IMG/VR virus record: IMGVR_UViG_2531839666_000023
DNA length: 34,655 nt
From: a virus
Lineage: Duplodnaviria; Heunggongvirae; Uroviricota; Caudoviricetes
Direction: 5' to 3' (one strand)
This document shows, piece after piece, positions 1-9,125 of the stretch. The first letter of the stretch is position 1, and the number at the start of each line of letters is the position of its first letter. A model generated the notes under the pieces. The model had not been told where the DNA came from. It was given only the letters and a program-made list of their open reading frames with translations, and ran no database searches. The translations under genes were made by a program, and so were the position numbers.

Positions 1-993
1 CTAATCGATGGACAGTTTATGGACACTTTCAGCCAGCGGATTAAAGCTGATTGCATCCTGTAAAAAGTCCGGCGAAAAATGCGCATACGTCATCGTTTGT
101 TGAATCGTGGCATGGCCCAGGATTCGTTGTAGCGTAACGATATTTCCGCCATTCATCATGAAATGTGTAGCGAATGTATGACGCATGACATGGGTGGCCT
201 GCCCTTTCGGCAAGTCCGGCTTCACCTCCTGAAGGATCTCCCGAAATCTGAGGTAATCAGCCTGGTACAACAATCCGGTTCTGCGGGTTTTAATTAACGC
301 AAGTACCGCATCAGAAACGGGAACGGCGCGAGATTTTCCGTTCTTGGTGTTAAAGAACATCACGCGGTTACCTACAATATGTTCCCCACGTAAACCAGCT
401 GCTTCGCCCCACCTTGCCCCCGTGGAAAGACACAGAATGGCAACACGCCGCGCATCTCCATCGAGTCGTTCAAGCAGTCGTTCAATCTCCTCATCTGAAA
501 GAAAGGCCATCTCTGTGTTCCTGACTTTCAGCTTACGTATTCCCCGAACCGGGTTTTCGTTATGGAACACCTCACCCTCAATCAGCGAGCTGAACATTGC
601 AGACAAGGCACACAAATCGCGGTTAATGCTGGAAGGCATTAACCCGGCCTGTAATTTGTCGGACCGGTACCCGAGCATAAATTTTCGCGTCATCTGACTG
701 GCACGAGGATCACCCATCTCACGGTTTATCTTTTCCAGTCTGACCCTGTAGGTATCCCCGTAATCCTGGTTACGACCATCAAGCAACCACCAGGCCTCTA
801 TCAGTTCGGATAACCGACGCTGATCTGCTGGCTTAGCCTGCCATGGCTTATCATGAAAATTCTGCAAAACATACCTTTCAAACTCCTGCGCCTTTGACTT
901 CAGGGTAAAAATCTTACGAATCCGCTTTCCTTCCGTCCCTTGTGGCCTTACATCAACCTTATAACGTCCGTCTTTGAGTTGCTTAATCGACAT
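1..993 (-). CDS. int: Tyrosine integrase, P2 Int-like
   Basis: 330 aa from ATG at 993-991 with GGAGG-like RBS upstream; C-terminal catalytic region (HVMRHTFATHF...LGH...YAH) and overall similarity to P2 Int as recalled; stop codon at 3-1. Confidence 0.9.
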   Translation of the reverse strand: MSIKQLKDGRYKVDVRPQGTEGKRIRKIFTLKSKAQEFERYVLQNFHDKPWQAKPADQRRLSELIEAWWLLDGRNQDYGDTYRVRLEKINREMGDPRASQMTRKFMLGYRSDKLQAGLMPSSINRDLCALSAMFSSLIEGEVFHNENPVRGIRKLKVRNTEMAFLSDEEIERLLERLDGDARRVAILCLSTGARWGEAAGLRGEHIVGNRVMFFNTKNGKSRAVPVSDAVLALIKTRRTGLLYQADYLRFREILQEVKPDLPKGQATHVMRHTFATHFMMNGGNIVTLQRILGHATIQQTMTYAHFSPDFLQDAISFNPLAESVHKLSID

Positions 994-1062
994 GATTAGC
1001 CCCTCCAACGGATAAATTAACCAAACACTCCCTGCGGGATGAAACCCGCTCGATGTGTAACG

Positions 1063-1449
1063 TCAGCCAGCATTGCGGCCTGATCGGGATGATTTTTGGG
1101 TAACGTCGATTGAAGCCAGATCGCCCTCCGACTGAGAAGATCCATCAAGAGAGAGAGCCGGGGCAATTTGACCCCCAGCTTCAAACGTTTCATCAGTTGT
1201 TAACCAAAGTGCATATTTTTTAAAACGTAAATTTTTTGTGATCTTTAATAAGATCTCACTTCCGATTCCATCTTGCCTTCCCGTTTCGTAATACCTCTGC
1301 GTATTAACAGGAATCCCTGTAAGCTCAAAGAATTGCTTCCTTGTAAGCCTCTCACTTTTCCGGATCATCAAGATTTTTTCACCGATACTTATTGACAGTG
1401 TCGAATTCATACCACTAAAATCCTCGCAAAAGTGTCGTAATTTCGACAT
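1063..1449 (-). CDS. Phage repressor, XRE-type helix-turn-helix (CI-like)
   Basis: 128 aa from internal ATG; HTH segment LTRKQFFELTGIPVNTQRYYETG; divergent from the Cox-like gene across a ~60 bp intergenic switch. Confidence 0.6.
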   Translation of the reverse strand: MSKLRHFCEDFSGMNSTLSISIGEKILMIRKSERLTRKQFFELTGIPVNTQRYYETGRQDGIGSEILLKITKNLRFKKYALWLTTDETFEAGGQIAPALSLDGSSQSEGDLASIDVTQKSSRSGRNAG

Positions 1450-1475
1450 TAAACAAACCAAAACAAACCTTCATA

Positions 1476-1499
1476 AGGTGCAATAGGCGCACCTGTGCG
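1476..1499. promoter_or_regulatory. Candidate operator palindromes in repressor/Cox divergent promoter region
   Basis: Inverted repeat AGGTGC-N7-GCACCT (1476-1494) overlapping CGCAC-CT-GTGCG (1488-1499), between divergent start codons at 1449 and 1512. Confidence 0.4.
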
Positions 1500-1511
1500 A
1501 GAGGATAACAA

Positions 1512-2039
1512 ATGCGGGACTTCATTGCCGATAAAGAGTTATCTGACACCGATCACACAACTGGAGCGGCGTACATCAACGCCGATACCAGTCAACAAGA
1601 AGCAACAGATAACAACGACGAACAAAAGCCACAGCGCACATATAAAAAAGGGGCAACCCTGCGGCTGGATGGCCCAATAGCCGGGCTTTGCTCACTTGAA
1701 AAAGGGGCCGCCTACATCGGATTAACAAAAACAGCATTACGCGCAGCTCTTCAGCGTAACCAGATGCCAGGGCATAAAACCCGCTCAAACCCTGAAGATG
1801 AGAATTCGGATGGTGTTTGGTGGTTTAACGTCAGAGAGTGGGACAAGCTGGCCGACGAACTCCCGGAATGCGAGCCACCAGAATGGCACAACTGGAAAAG
1901 CTACTGGACATACGACCGCCAGAAAAGAAAGTTTACCCCGGCTGATAAGGAAGATTGCCAGACCGTCAATGGTAAGAGGGTTTACAAAGGCAGAAAGTCA
2001 AAGTTAGAGCAGAACCTAGATAACAGAAAAAACCAGTAA
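1512..2039 (+). CDS. Cox/excisionase-like regulator, unusually long (175 aa)
   Basis: First gene of rightward early operon, divergent from repressor; internal HTH-like segment (GAAYIGLTKTALRAALQ); RBS GAGAGG upstream of ATG. Confidence 0.4.
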   Translation: MRDFIADKELSDTDHTTGAAYINADTSQQEATDNNDEQKPQRTYKKGATLRLDGPIAGLCSLEKGAAYIGLTKTALRAALQRNQMPGHKTRSNPEDENSDGVWWFNVREWDKLADELPECEPPEWHNWKSYWTYDRQKRKFTPADKEDCQTVNGKRVYKGRKSKLEQNLDNRKNQ

Positions 2040-2059
2040 CCCGGCACGCGGGAGGACAT

Positions 2060-2410
2060 ATGGCGAGAACAAAAATTTTTAGTATCAATGAAGCACCAAC
2101 ACTGCCAACCGTGTTTATTCGCATAAACGATAAAAGAACTCCAGGCGGCAATATTTTTTTCAGACTGGATAAACTCGAGGAAGTTTACACCTGCGACAAT
2201 ATTGGCTTAACACCAGAAATAAAGATAAATGGTAGTTCAATCACCCCCACAATCACCTATGAGCAATTTATTAACTTTATCACCGAAGTCATTGATGACG
2301 TTAATAAGGGTATCGAGGGGATAGGAATTTACGAGCTTGTAGTGGATGAAAATACGGTGCGAGACATTGCGCCGCGCACCCAAAAAACAAAGGTTATTAC
2401 ACCAAACTAG
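2060..2410 (+). CDS. Hypothetical protein (116 aa) in A+T-rich insertion
   Basis: ORF in a conspicuously A+T-rich block (by eye); no recognisable motif; 3' end overlaps the convergent ORF by 4 nt. Confidence 0.45.
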   Translation: MARTKIFSINEAPTLPTVFIRINDKRTPGGNIFFRLDKLEEVYTCDNIGLTPEIKINGSSITPTITYEQFINFITEVIDDVNKGIEGIGIYELVVDENTVRDIAPRTQKTKVITPN

Positions 2411-2895
2411 AAGAGAGGTTTATAGAACTTACTGGAAGGGTGAATATCTTTGATACCATGCTCTCTTGCGTACCTTAATGAAAATCTGGAAGCTGATATC
2501 AGTACGTTATATCCATCGTAAATTTTAGCTTTATAAATTAGGTCGCAAAATAACTGAGCATCAGATTGTGCCTGTTCTTTTGTTTTGTTTTTATCTCCTG
2601 TGAATCCATATATTTTCGCAGGTTTATCATCAAAAACATAGAACAAAGACCACACCCAACAGGATTTGATCTCTCTTAAAACTACAGTAACCGAATTTTC
2701 AGAGGCAAGATTTTCATCAACGCATTTTCCATCAGATTCAATAAAAACAGGTGTTTTTATCAGCGTTGTGAATTTTTCAAGTGCCTCGATGCAGTCATCA
2801 CCATGCTCGAAGGCAGGGCTCACAAATAAAAGATTGTCATTAATCAACTCCCAATAAGGAGGAACATCTTTATTTTGACGAACAACAATTTTCAT
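2407..2895 (-). CDS. Hypothetical protein (162 aa) in A+T-rich insertion
   Basis: Internal ATG start preceded by AGGAG at 7 nt spacing; A+T-rich codon usage; convergent with the 2060-2410 ORF. Confidence 0.5.
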   Translation of the reverse strand: MKIVVRQNKDVPPYWELINDNLLFVSPAFEHGDDCIEALEKFTTLIKTPVFIESDGKCVDENLASENSVTVVLREIKSCWVWSLFYVFDDKPAKIYGFTGDKNKTKEQAQSDAQLFCDLIYKAKIYDGYNVLISASRFSLRYAREHGIKDIHPSSKFYKPLF

Positions 2896-3039
2896 TTTCA
2901 GACTCCTGTGCGTTGTTAGTGATTTCTCCGGTCGCCGCGACGTCAACCGGACACAACAATACTAACACGACAACACGCGCCGGGCGTGGTTAAACATCCC
3001 GGCACTGATTTTCATTTAACTTAAACGGGGTTTTCCGAT

Positions 3040-3378
3040 ATGACACAGCGACGCAGCTTCCGCACTGGCGCAGAACGCCACGCTAACCGTTTCTCAACCA
3101 GCGCATCACGCAGCAACTCGCACTACAGCCTGCAGGAAACGCACGCCACACCTGACGGGCATCTGGTTAAACAAACCGGTAAACACACCTGGCTGATTAA
3201 TGATGCCGGAATTGTCATACACAGAGGCGCACGCAACCCGATTACCGGAAATACCTGTTACTCCCTGACTCGCGGAGATGAGCAGTTCGGGCAGGATTTC
3301 ACCCTGCACGAAGCATTAAGAACGGCAGACCGGTTAATCAGCGGTCGCAGTTTTCAGCACCCGGAACATCGCCGCTGA
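3040..3378 (+). CDS. Hypothetical early protein (112 aa)
   Basis: ORF on early-operon strand; no motif recognised. Confidence 0.4.
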   Translation: MTQRRSFRTGAERHANRFSTSASRSNSHYSLQETHATPDGHLVKQTGKHTWLINDAGIVIHRGARNPITGNTCYSLTRGDEQFGQDFTLHEALRTADRLISGRSFQHPEHRR

Positions 3379-3397
3379 TAAATAAAAGGATTCAGCC

Positions 3398-3640
3398 ATG
3401 ATCGAAGCCTACAAAATACTTATTAATAATGCGTTGCAGCGTTATCACTTCGAACTTGCAAACCGGGGTGTAACCCGTGACGAAGGACTTCGTAACTCAC
3501 TGCGGGGCGCAATTATGGGACTGTATAACTGCGCACTGGGCAGCGATGACCGCGAAGCACTGGAAGAATTAAAAGTTATTGTGGCCGAACTGTTTGAAGG
3601 TGAAATCGTTGAGCCTTATTTCACAGAGGTGGCAGCATGA
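3398..3640 (+). CDS. Hypothetical early protein (80 aa)
   Basis: ORF on early-operon strand; stop overlaps next start as ATGA. Confidence 0.4.
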   Translation: MIEAYKILINNALQRYHFELANRGVTRDEGLRNSLRGAIMGLYNCALGSDDREALEELKVIVAELFEGEIVEPYFTEVAA

Positions 3641-3762
3641 GCGTATTTCTTTCATGGGTGATTCTGATTATTTCCGTGCTTATGGCGATTGGCATTATGC
3701 GAATTATCGAAGCGCTGAAAAATATCGAATCTTTATTTACTGGCGAAGAACGCCGTAAATAA
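3637..3762 (+). CDS. Small single-pass membrane peptide (41 aa)
   Basis: Below the 60 aa ORF-track cutoff; hand translation MSVFLSWVILIISVLMAIGIMRIIEALKNIESLFTGEERRK; ATG overlaps the upstream stop (ATGA). Confidence 0.35.
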   Translation: MSVFLSWVILIISVLMAIGIMRIIEALKNIESLFTGEERRK

Positions 3763-3841
3763 ATAACCAACCGGACAGAAAACATTAAAACCATCCGCAT
3801 CTGCGGAGGGCTTCACTCAATCCAGAAACGGAGAAACAGCT

Positions 3842-4120
3842 ATGAGCATCAATACACCTACAGAAATAAACAAACTATTTACCGACCCGGCGCATATTGA
3901 ATTGACGCAAAAAGCGCTGACTGAAATAACCAATGTACTGGATGAAAGAATGTCAGAAATAGATAAAGACAAGCATTTTGCCACCTACATGGCCCTGCAA
4001 ATGCAAAGCATGGCAATGGTGACAGCAAAACAGACCATCAGTGAACTCTATATGAAAAACCTGCGCCTCGAGCGCGAACTGGCAGAACTCCGGGCACAGT
4101 CCGGCCAGTTTTCAGCGTGA
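3842..4120 (+). CDS. Hypothetical early protein (92 aa), coiled-coil-like C-terminus
   Basis: ORF with plausible spacing in operon; no motif recognised. Confidence 0.4.
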   Translation: MSINTPTEINKLFTDPAHIELTQKALTEITNVLDERMSEIDKDKHFATYMALQMQSMAMVTAKQTISELYMKNLRLERELAELRAQSGQFSA

Positions 4121-4383
4121 GGGGCAGGACGATGAACAGCATATTTACCGCCACAAGACGAACCCTGCTGACGCATTTCACCGATGCCGCGGGCCGCGAG
4201 TTCATGGTGGAAAGTTATTTAATCACAACGACCACGCCGTGCCCGTCAGACGCTGACTATCTCTACATCCATCTGGTTGACGGAACACAAATCACCGCGA
4301 TTGCCAGTACCGTTCGCGAAGTAATGACCATCAGAGGGGCATGGAAATCAGAAACACAAGCCCACGGAGAGCTGCGGCCATGA
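4117..4383 (+). CDS. Hypothetical early protein (88 aa)
   Basis: Start overlaps upstream stop; downstream gene starts by ATGA overlap. Confidence 0.4.
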   Translation: MRGRTMNSIFTATRRTLLTHFTDAAGREFMVESYLITTTTPCPSDADYLYIHLVDGTQITAIASTVREVMTIRGAWKSETQAHGELRP

Positions 4384-4592
4384 TCAGCAAGTACACCACC
4401 AACGCACGTAAACCAGGTAAAGACGCACGCCACCACATCGTCGTACTCCGCAATCTGTTACTGGAGGAAATCGACGACTTCACGGCGACGCTGAGCGGTC
4501 CGGGCGCACCAGTAACACCAGGTGAGATCCACCGGGACCTTAAACGCCGTATTGAAAACGCCATTGATTACACCCTGAACCCGACCGAATAA
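4380..4592 (+). CDS. Hypothetical early protein (70 aa)
   Basis: Internal ATG of the 4341-4592 ORF, overlapping the upstream stop as ATGA. Confidence 0.35.
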   Translation: MISKYTTNARKPGKDARHHIVVLRNLLLEEIDDFTATLSGPGAPVTPGEIHRDLKRRIENAIDYTLNPTE

Positions 4593-4618
4593 CCGGAACA
4601 GTAACGGAGGTTATCGCG

Positions 4619-5173
4619 ATGAGACTTACACCAATGGGAATACCGGGCAAAGCCCCGGCACATGTGAAGGCGTGGACACAGCAGGAAGATCGGTTACTCA
4701 TCTCACTTTATCAGGAACACAACACACATCAGCTCGCCGAACGAATTCAGCGAACCCGTAAAGCAGTTATGTACCGGATTCGTTTTTTACGTAATCGTGG
4801 GCTGATTGGCCGCAAGAGAAAAGCACCACTGAGTACAGAAGCCATAGCCTTTCTTATTAAAAACCGTCATGTAAAAACCGCACAGGAAATGGCTCTGGAA
4901 GTGGGATGCAGTGAGTGCACAGTGAGGTACACACTGCGTAAACGGGGTTACAACCTGAAAAAATGCGGTGAGAACCACCATTGCGCCAGATACAGCGATC
5001 ATCTGGTTGAGCTGGTCACGGAGCTACGCGACATACACAACATGACGTTCTGCATGATCGCTGAACACATCAACAGCACGATACAGATGCACATTAACGA
5101 CGATGCGGCGTTTCATCTCTACCACCGCCGCACCGCGGCTGACGCCGTGCTCTGTGAACTGTTACCGGGCTGA
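4619..5173 (+). CDS. Hypothetical early protein (184 aa), possibly DNA-binding
   Basis: Basic helical N-terminal region (WTQQEDRLLISLYQEH...RIRFLRNRGLIGRKRK) suggestive of a DNA-binding fold; assignment is inference only. Confidence 0.4.
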   Translation: MRLTPMGIPGKAPAHVKAWTQQEDRLLISLYQEHNTHQLAERIQRTRKAVMYRIRFLRNRGLIGRKRKAPLSTEAIAFLIKNRHVKTAQEMALEVGCSECTVRYTLRKRGYNLKKCGENHHCARYSDHLVELVTELRDIHNMTFCMIAEHINSTIQMHINDDAAFHLYHRRTAADAVLCELLPG

Positions 5174-5293
5174 GTGATCATCATGCACACACAAAAAACC
5201 GCTTGCCAGCGCTCGTCGTGTCGGGTTACATTTCCGCTGCACCTCATAAAACGGGTGCCGGGATTGCAACCCCCGCCGACTATGCACGCGCAC

Positions 5294-5314
5294 AACCGCG
5301 CCAGCGGTTTTTTT
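5294..5314 (+). terminator. Rho-independent terminator-like hairpin
   Basis: Stem AACCGC, loop GCCA, stem GCGGTT, followed by a 7-T run on the + strand. Confidence 0.45.
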
Positions 5315-5492
5315 GTGCGTACTGTATCGCCACGTCTTTTTCGCATCGAAATTATGGCGGGGCGTACGGGGCCGACTTCGGTCGGGCCGGGTTCGTGCGT
5401 AGCCGGTGGTTGCAACCCTGTACGTCTCGCCACCCAGAATTGCAACCTCTGGATGGTGAGTTTTCAAAACTTACTACGTACGAGGCCACACC

Positions 5493-5720
5493 ATGGCAAA
5501 CCGCAAACAACAGCGCGCCCGCGCTGAGCGTCTTCACATCCGCACTGAAATCAACCGCAGGCTCTGGCGCGCATCACGCGTCGCGCAAATCATGTACATC
5601 AACATGCTGCATGAACACGCACACGCGCTGTCAGACCGTTACTGTGCCGCCGTCTTCAGCTACCTGGCGGATGACCTGGCAGAGCTGCAGGACCTTATCA
5701 ACCAGCAACACCACCACTAA
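5493..5720 (+). CDS. Hypothetical protein (75 aa)
   Basis: ORF following the repeat/hairpin-rich non-coding stretch; basic N-terminus. Confidence 0.35.
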   Translation: MANRKQQRARAERLHIRTEINRRLWRASRVAQIMYINMLHEHAHALSDRYCAAVFSYLADDLAELQDLINQQHHH

Positions 5721-5788
5721 ACAACATCCTGAAGCCATCCCGCACCCGTACGCGGGAGGCTTCCGTACGTCTGTTACCGGAGGTTCTC

Positions 5789-6199
5789 ATGAAGAGCGTT
5801 AAGGGACTTTCAGATATTCAGGATTTTTTTAACTGGATGTGGGCAGTGGATCCCCGGCTGGCTTCCCGCCTGAACGACTGGCACGACTATTACCGCCGCG
5901 CCTGTAAACAGGCCGCCAGACACGTCACCACATACGGGGATTTCTCCTTCACCGTTGACGACCGTTACCGCGTGGACGTGAAAGGTGATGGTTTTGGTTT
6001 ATTTCACATCAACGGAACCGACAGCACCGCCATCAGTTGGTCGTCGTCAGAGATGACGCTTGTTCTGGAAATGACAAACCACAGCGTGGCCGTGAAAGGT
6101 ATATACACCGCAGAAGACTTTATCGGTGAATACCAGCGCCTTCTCGTGCTGTACCGCGCGGCGTTTCAGGCGGCGACTGCCGGGGAGTGCGACGCATGA
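5789..6199 (+). CDS. Hypothetical protein (136 aa) upstream of replication gene
   Basis: ORF whose 3' end overlaps the start of the replication initiator gene. Confidence 0.45.
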   Translation: MKSVKGLSDIQDFFNWMWAVDPRLASRLNDWHDYYRRACKQAARHVTTYGDFSFTVDDRYRVDVKGDGFGLFHINGTDSTAISWSSSEMTLVLEMTNHSVAVKGIYTAEDFIGEYQRLLVLYRAAFQAATAGECDA

Positions 6200-8715
6200 G
6201 CGACCATAATGCACAACTGGCGTACCCGTGGAACGCCCCGCTACCGGTTATCGATCCTGAAACGTTCGGCAGAGCGCAGCCAACCGCATTACGCCAGGCC
6301 ATTCAGAGCTACATCAACGAGGATATTCGCACTGACGCCAGACTGGATGAAGAAACCGTCGCCTTCCTGACAACCACAGACGAAGGGAAGCGAATTAATT
6401 CGCATCTTTACCACGACGAAGAGCGTCGGATCAGGCTGGAAAAACTGGCGCGGCACAAACACGAGAATCCGCCAACACTGGTATCTGAAGCCATGGCAGA
6501 GCTGCGCGCCCTGCCGCCGTTTCTTGCCGGTCCGCTCATCCGTGACCTGGCGCGCCTGAGCCGCAAACAGGAGAGCGCACGCCGGGAAGGGCTTAAGAAT
6601 AACAGCGCATATGCGGCGGATAACTTCGTTCGTCACGGGCTGCGTGCCCGCCTGAAACGTATCGCCCGTGTGAATGAACGCTTTGCCACCCCGGCCTTTA
6701 AGGCCACCGCCGCGCGCGAACGGCTGGATGAACTGCTTATGCTGCCACAGCTGAGCCGTGACGAAATCCAGCGCCTTGCCACCCTGACCGCCACCGCGTT
6801 TTCCACCGCACTGGAGCGCGCATGTGATGAAGTCATCGAAAAGACCGGCAGGGGTGACGATGACCTGCTCACCTGGTTACTGACCTACCAGCCACTGGCA
6901 CACATGGCGTTAAAACTGGGTATCACGCCACCCTGCTGGCCGTCGCTGGAAATCAGGCCCGACCGCCGCACCGACCCCGACCCGGAACGGGTGCCGGGTG
7001 CGGTCATGCGCCTTTCCTGTGCGACATGGTGGAACAGTCAGTTAAGACACCTCCGGGACATCTGGCGTGAAGAACTGTTACGCGCCGCAGGTCTGGTGTC
7101 ACGTAAGACATCGGTATATATCAGCCATGAAGCGTTACTGGACTGGCGCGAAAAACGCCAGCGCACCCGCGATTTTCTGAAGGCCTGGGACATCGAGAAC
7201 GAAGAGGGAGAACGGTTCAGCCTTGAGGATATCTACTGGGCAGGTCTCTCTAATCCGCGTAACCGCCGTAACGAGATGATGACCTGCGCCCGGGGAATGG
7301 AGCAGGTCGCCGAAGCACGCGGCGACGTGGCGTTTTTCGTCACCGTCACAGCCCCTTCCCGTTTTCACAGCGTGAACGATGACGGCAGCCTGAACCCGAA
7401 ATACTGCGGAGCAACGGTACGCGATGCCAGTGATTATCTGGTTTACCGCTTTTTCGCCGCCGTCCGCAGGGCCATCGACAAGGCCGGGCTGGGCTGGTAC
7501 GGCGTGCGCACCGTGGAGCCCCACCACGACGGTACACCGCACTGGCACATGCTGGTATTCACCAGCCAGGAAAACGAAGCCCGTATCACTGAAATCATGC
7601 GCAACGCCGCCATCAGGGAGGACCGCGCAGAGCTGGGTGATGATATCTCCCCGCGTTTTAAATGCAAAAAAATCGACCCGGCAAAAGGCACACCGACAAG
7701 CTATATCGCGACCTATATCGGTAAGAACCTGGACGCCAGCACCTTCATGGGGAATGACCCGAAAACCGGCAAACCTTACGTCGATAAGGAATCAGGCAAA
7801 ACCATGGCCGAAACCGTGGAGAACGCCATCGGCTGGGCAGGCCTTCACCGCATCCACCAGTTCCAGTTCTTCGGTATCCCTCCCCGCCAGGTATGGCGCG
7901 AACTCCGCCGTCTTGCCGGGCAAATGGCCCGTAACCCGGCTGCCCCGCAGCGTCTGGACCATGACGACATTGACGCCATACTGGCCGCCGCCGACGTGGG
8001 ATGTTTTGCCACCTATATCACCCGCCAGGGTGGTGTGCTCATTCCCCGCAACACGTACCTGGTCCGCACCGCATACGAAACTGCCGAAGAGGCCAACGAC
8101 TACGGCGAATTCCCGCAACGCATTTACGGCGTCCGCGCCCCGTCACTCGGGGAGCGCTACACCATATGCACCCACCCGGACACCTGGAAACTGGTCAGAC
8201 GTAAGCCGGAAAACGAAGACCGCACGGACGAGGGTTTTGACGTTGAGTGCGGCTTTGCCGCACCTTGGACTCGTGGCAATAACTGTCCCCCTGACCAGAA
8301 TCTGACCATAAACGCCCCGCCAGAAAGGCAGCCGGACGGACGCAGGGAGCAGCGACTTACCCTGCCGGAAGGTGATTTGGGTGAATGGTTAAGGTCACTG
8401 ACACCCACAGAGCGAAAACAACTCACCAGGCAGCTGAAAAACCCGCCACCTGACACGGAAACCGTGAAAAACGGCGGCATCAGTGCGCCCGCTGGCGGCG
8501 TTCGCGTGAGTGTCGCTCTGACCGCTGAGCCACACATCACCGCACAAATCACCCGCGAGCTTGATGCGCTGGGCGTACAACTGCATGAAAGCGCCGTCGT
8601 TTCCGTCCGTCACGGTGCCCGCGTGCGCCTGGCTGACGGACGCACCGCGTACTGGAATGACAGCACCCGCCGCATTGATATCACCCCCGCACCGAATACG
8701 GAGGCGCCACAATGA
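6187..8715 (+). CDS. Rolling-circle replication initiator/endonuclease, P2 gpA-like (HUH)
   Basis: 842 aa; HUH motif in TPHWHMLVF (around 7537-7560) and YxxxY catalytic-tyrosine motif in SYIATYIGK (around 7699-7725). Confidence 0.85.
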   Translation: MRRMSDHNAQLAYPWNAPLPVIDPETFGRAQPTALRQAIQSYINEDIRTDARLDEETVAFLTTTDEGKRINSHLYHDEERRIRLEKLARHKHENPPTLVSEAMAELRALPPFLAGPLIRDLARLSRKQESARREGLKNNSAYAADNFVRHGLRARLKRIARVNERFATPAFKATAARERLDELLMLPQLSRDEIQRLATLTATAFSTALERACDEVIEKTGRGDDDLLTWLLTYQPLAHMALKLGITPPCWPSLEIRPDRRTDPDPERVPGAVMRLSCATWWNSQLRHLRDIWREELLRAAGLVSRKTSVYISHEALLDWREKRQRTRDFLKAWDIENEEGERFSLEDIYWAGLSNPRNRRNEMMTCARGMEQVAEARGDVAFFVTVTAPSRFHSVNDDGSLNPKYCGATVRDASDYLVYRFFAAVRRAIDKAGLGWYGVRTVEPHHDGTPHWHMLVFTSQENEARITEIMRNAAIREDRAELGDDISPRFKCKKIDPAKGTPTSYIATYIGKNLDASTFMGNDPKTGKPYVDKESGKTMAETVENAIGWAGLHRIHQFQFFGIPPRQVWRELRRLAGQMARNPAAPQRLDHDDIDAILAAADVGCFATYITRQGGVLIPRNTYLVRTAYETAEEANDYGEFPQRIYGVRAPSLGERYTICTHPDTWKLVRRKPENEDRTDEGFDVECGFAAPWTRGNNCPPDQNLTINAPPERQPDGRREQRLTLPEGDLGEWLRSLTPTERKQLTRQLKNPPPDTETVKNGGISAPAGGVRVSVALTAEPHITAQITRELDALGVQLHESAVVSVRHGARVRLADGRTAYWNDSTRRIDITPAPNTEAPQ

Positions 8716-9116
8716 CCCGCTTTTATTGCGCCATGCAGCGCCAGCGTTTTGACGAAATGATGCGCCAGCGCACGCCCTTACTGACCCTGAACAACATTGC
8801 CACGGGGCCACAACCGGGCGATGAGCTGGAAATCACGGTCGTCAGTCCCGATCGCACCACCACGGCCATCATCACCGACATACTCAACGGACGACCGGAC
8901 AGCACCAACCGCAGCTGGCTTGTCGCCGTTCGTCCGCGCCGTCCGCCCGGAGAGCCGGAGCCGCTCACGCCTGCCGGAAAAATCATGCGGCAGTACCACG
9001 AAGAGCAGGCACACAAACACAACGCAGAACTGACCAGAACACTGGCATCGATTAACCGCAAAGCGGCAATTGCCCGCTATGTGCATTCAGCCGCTGGCAG
9101 ACAATCACGCAGGTAA
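8712..9116 (+). CDS. Hypothetical protein (134 aa), coupled to replication gene
   Basis: ATG overlaps the stop of the upstream gene (ATGA); no motif recognised. Confidence 0.4.
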   Translation: MTRFYCAMQRQRFDEMMRQRTPLLTLNNIATGPQPGDELEITVVSPDRTTTAIITDILNGRPDSTNRSWLVAVRPRRPPGEPEPLTPAGKIMRQYHEEQAHKHNAELTRTLASINRKAAIARYVHSAAGRQSRR

Positions 9117-9125
9117 ACAAAGACC

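Noticed and set aside
5119-5802. Overlapping ORFs (5119-5445 -, 5162-5467 -, 5174-5527 +, 5203-5802 +) in the 5174-5492 interval
   Set aside because: Mutually overlapping, implausible compositions, no RBS; the interval is better explained as structured non-coding DNA.
7424-8305. 293 aa ORF in an alternative + frame inside the replication initiator gene
   Set aside because: Pro/Ser/Thr/Arg-rich low-complexity translation typical of an off-frame read of GC-rich coding DNA; the overlapping frame carries the HUH and YxxxY motifs.
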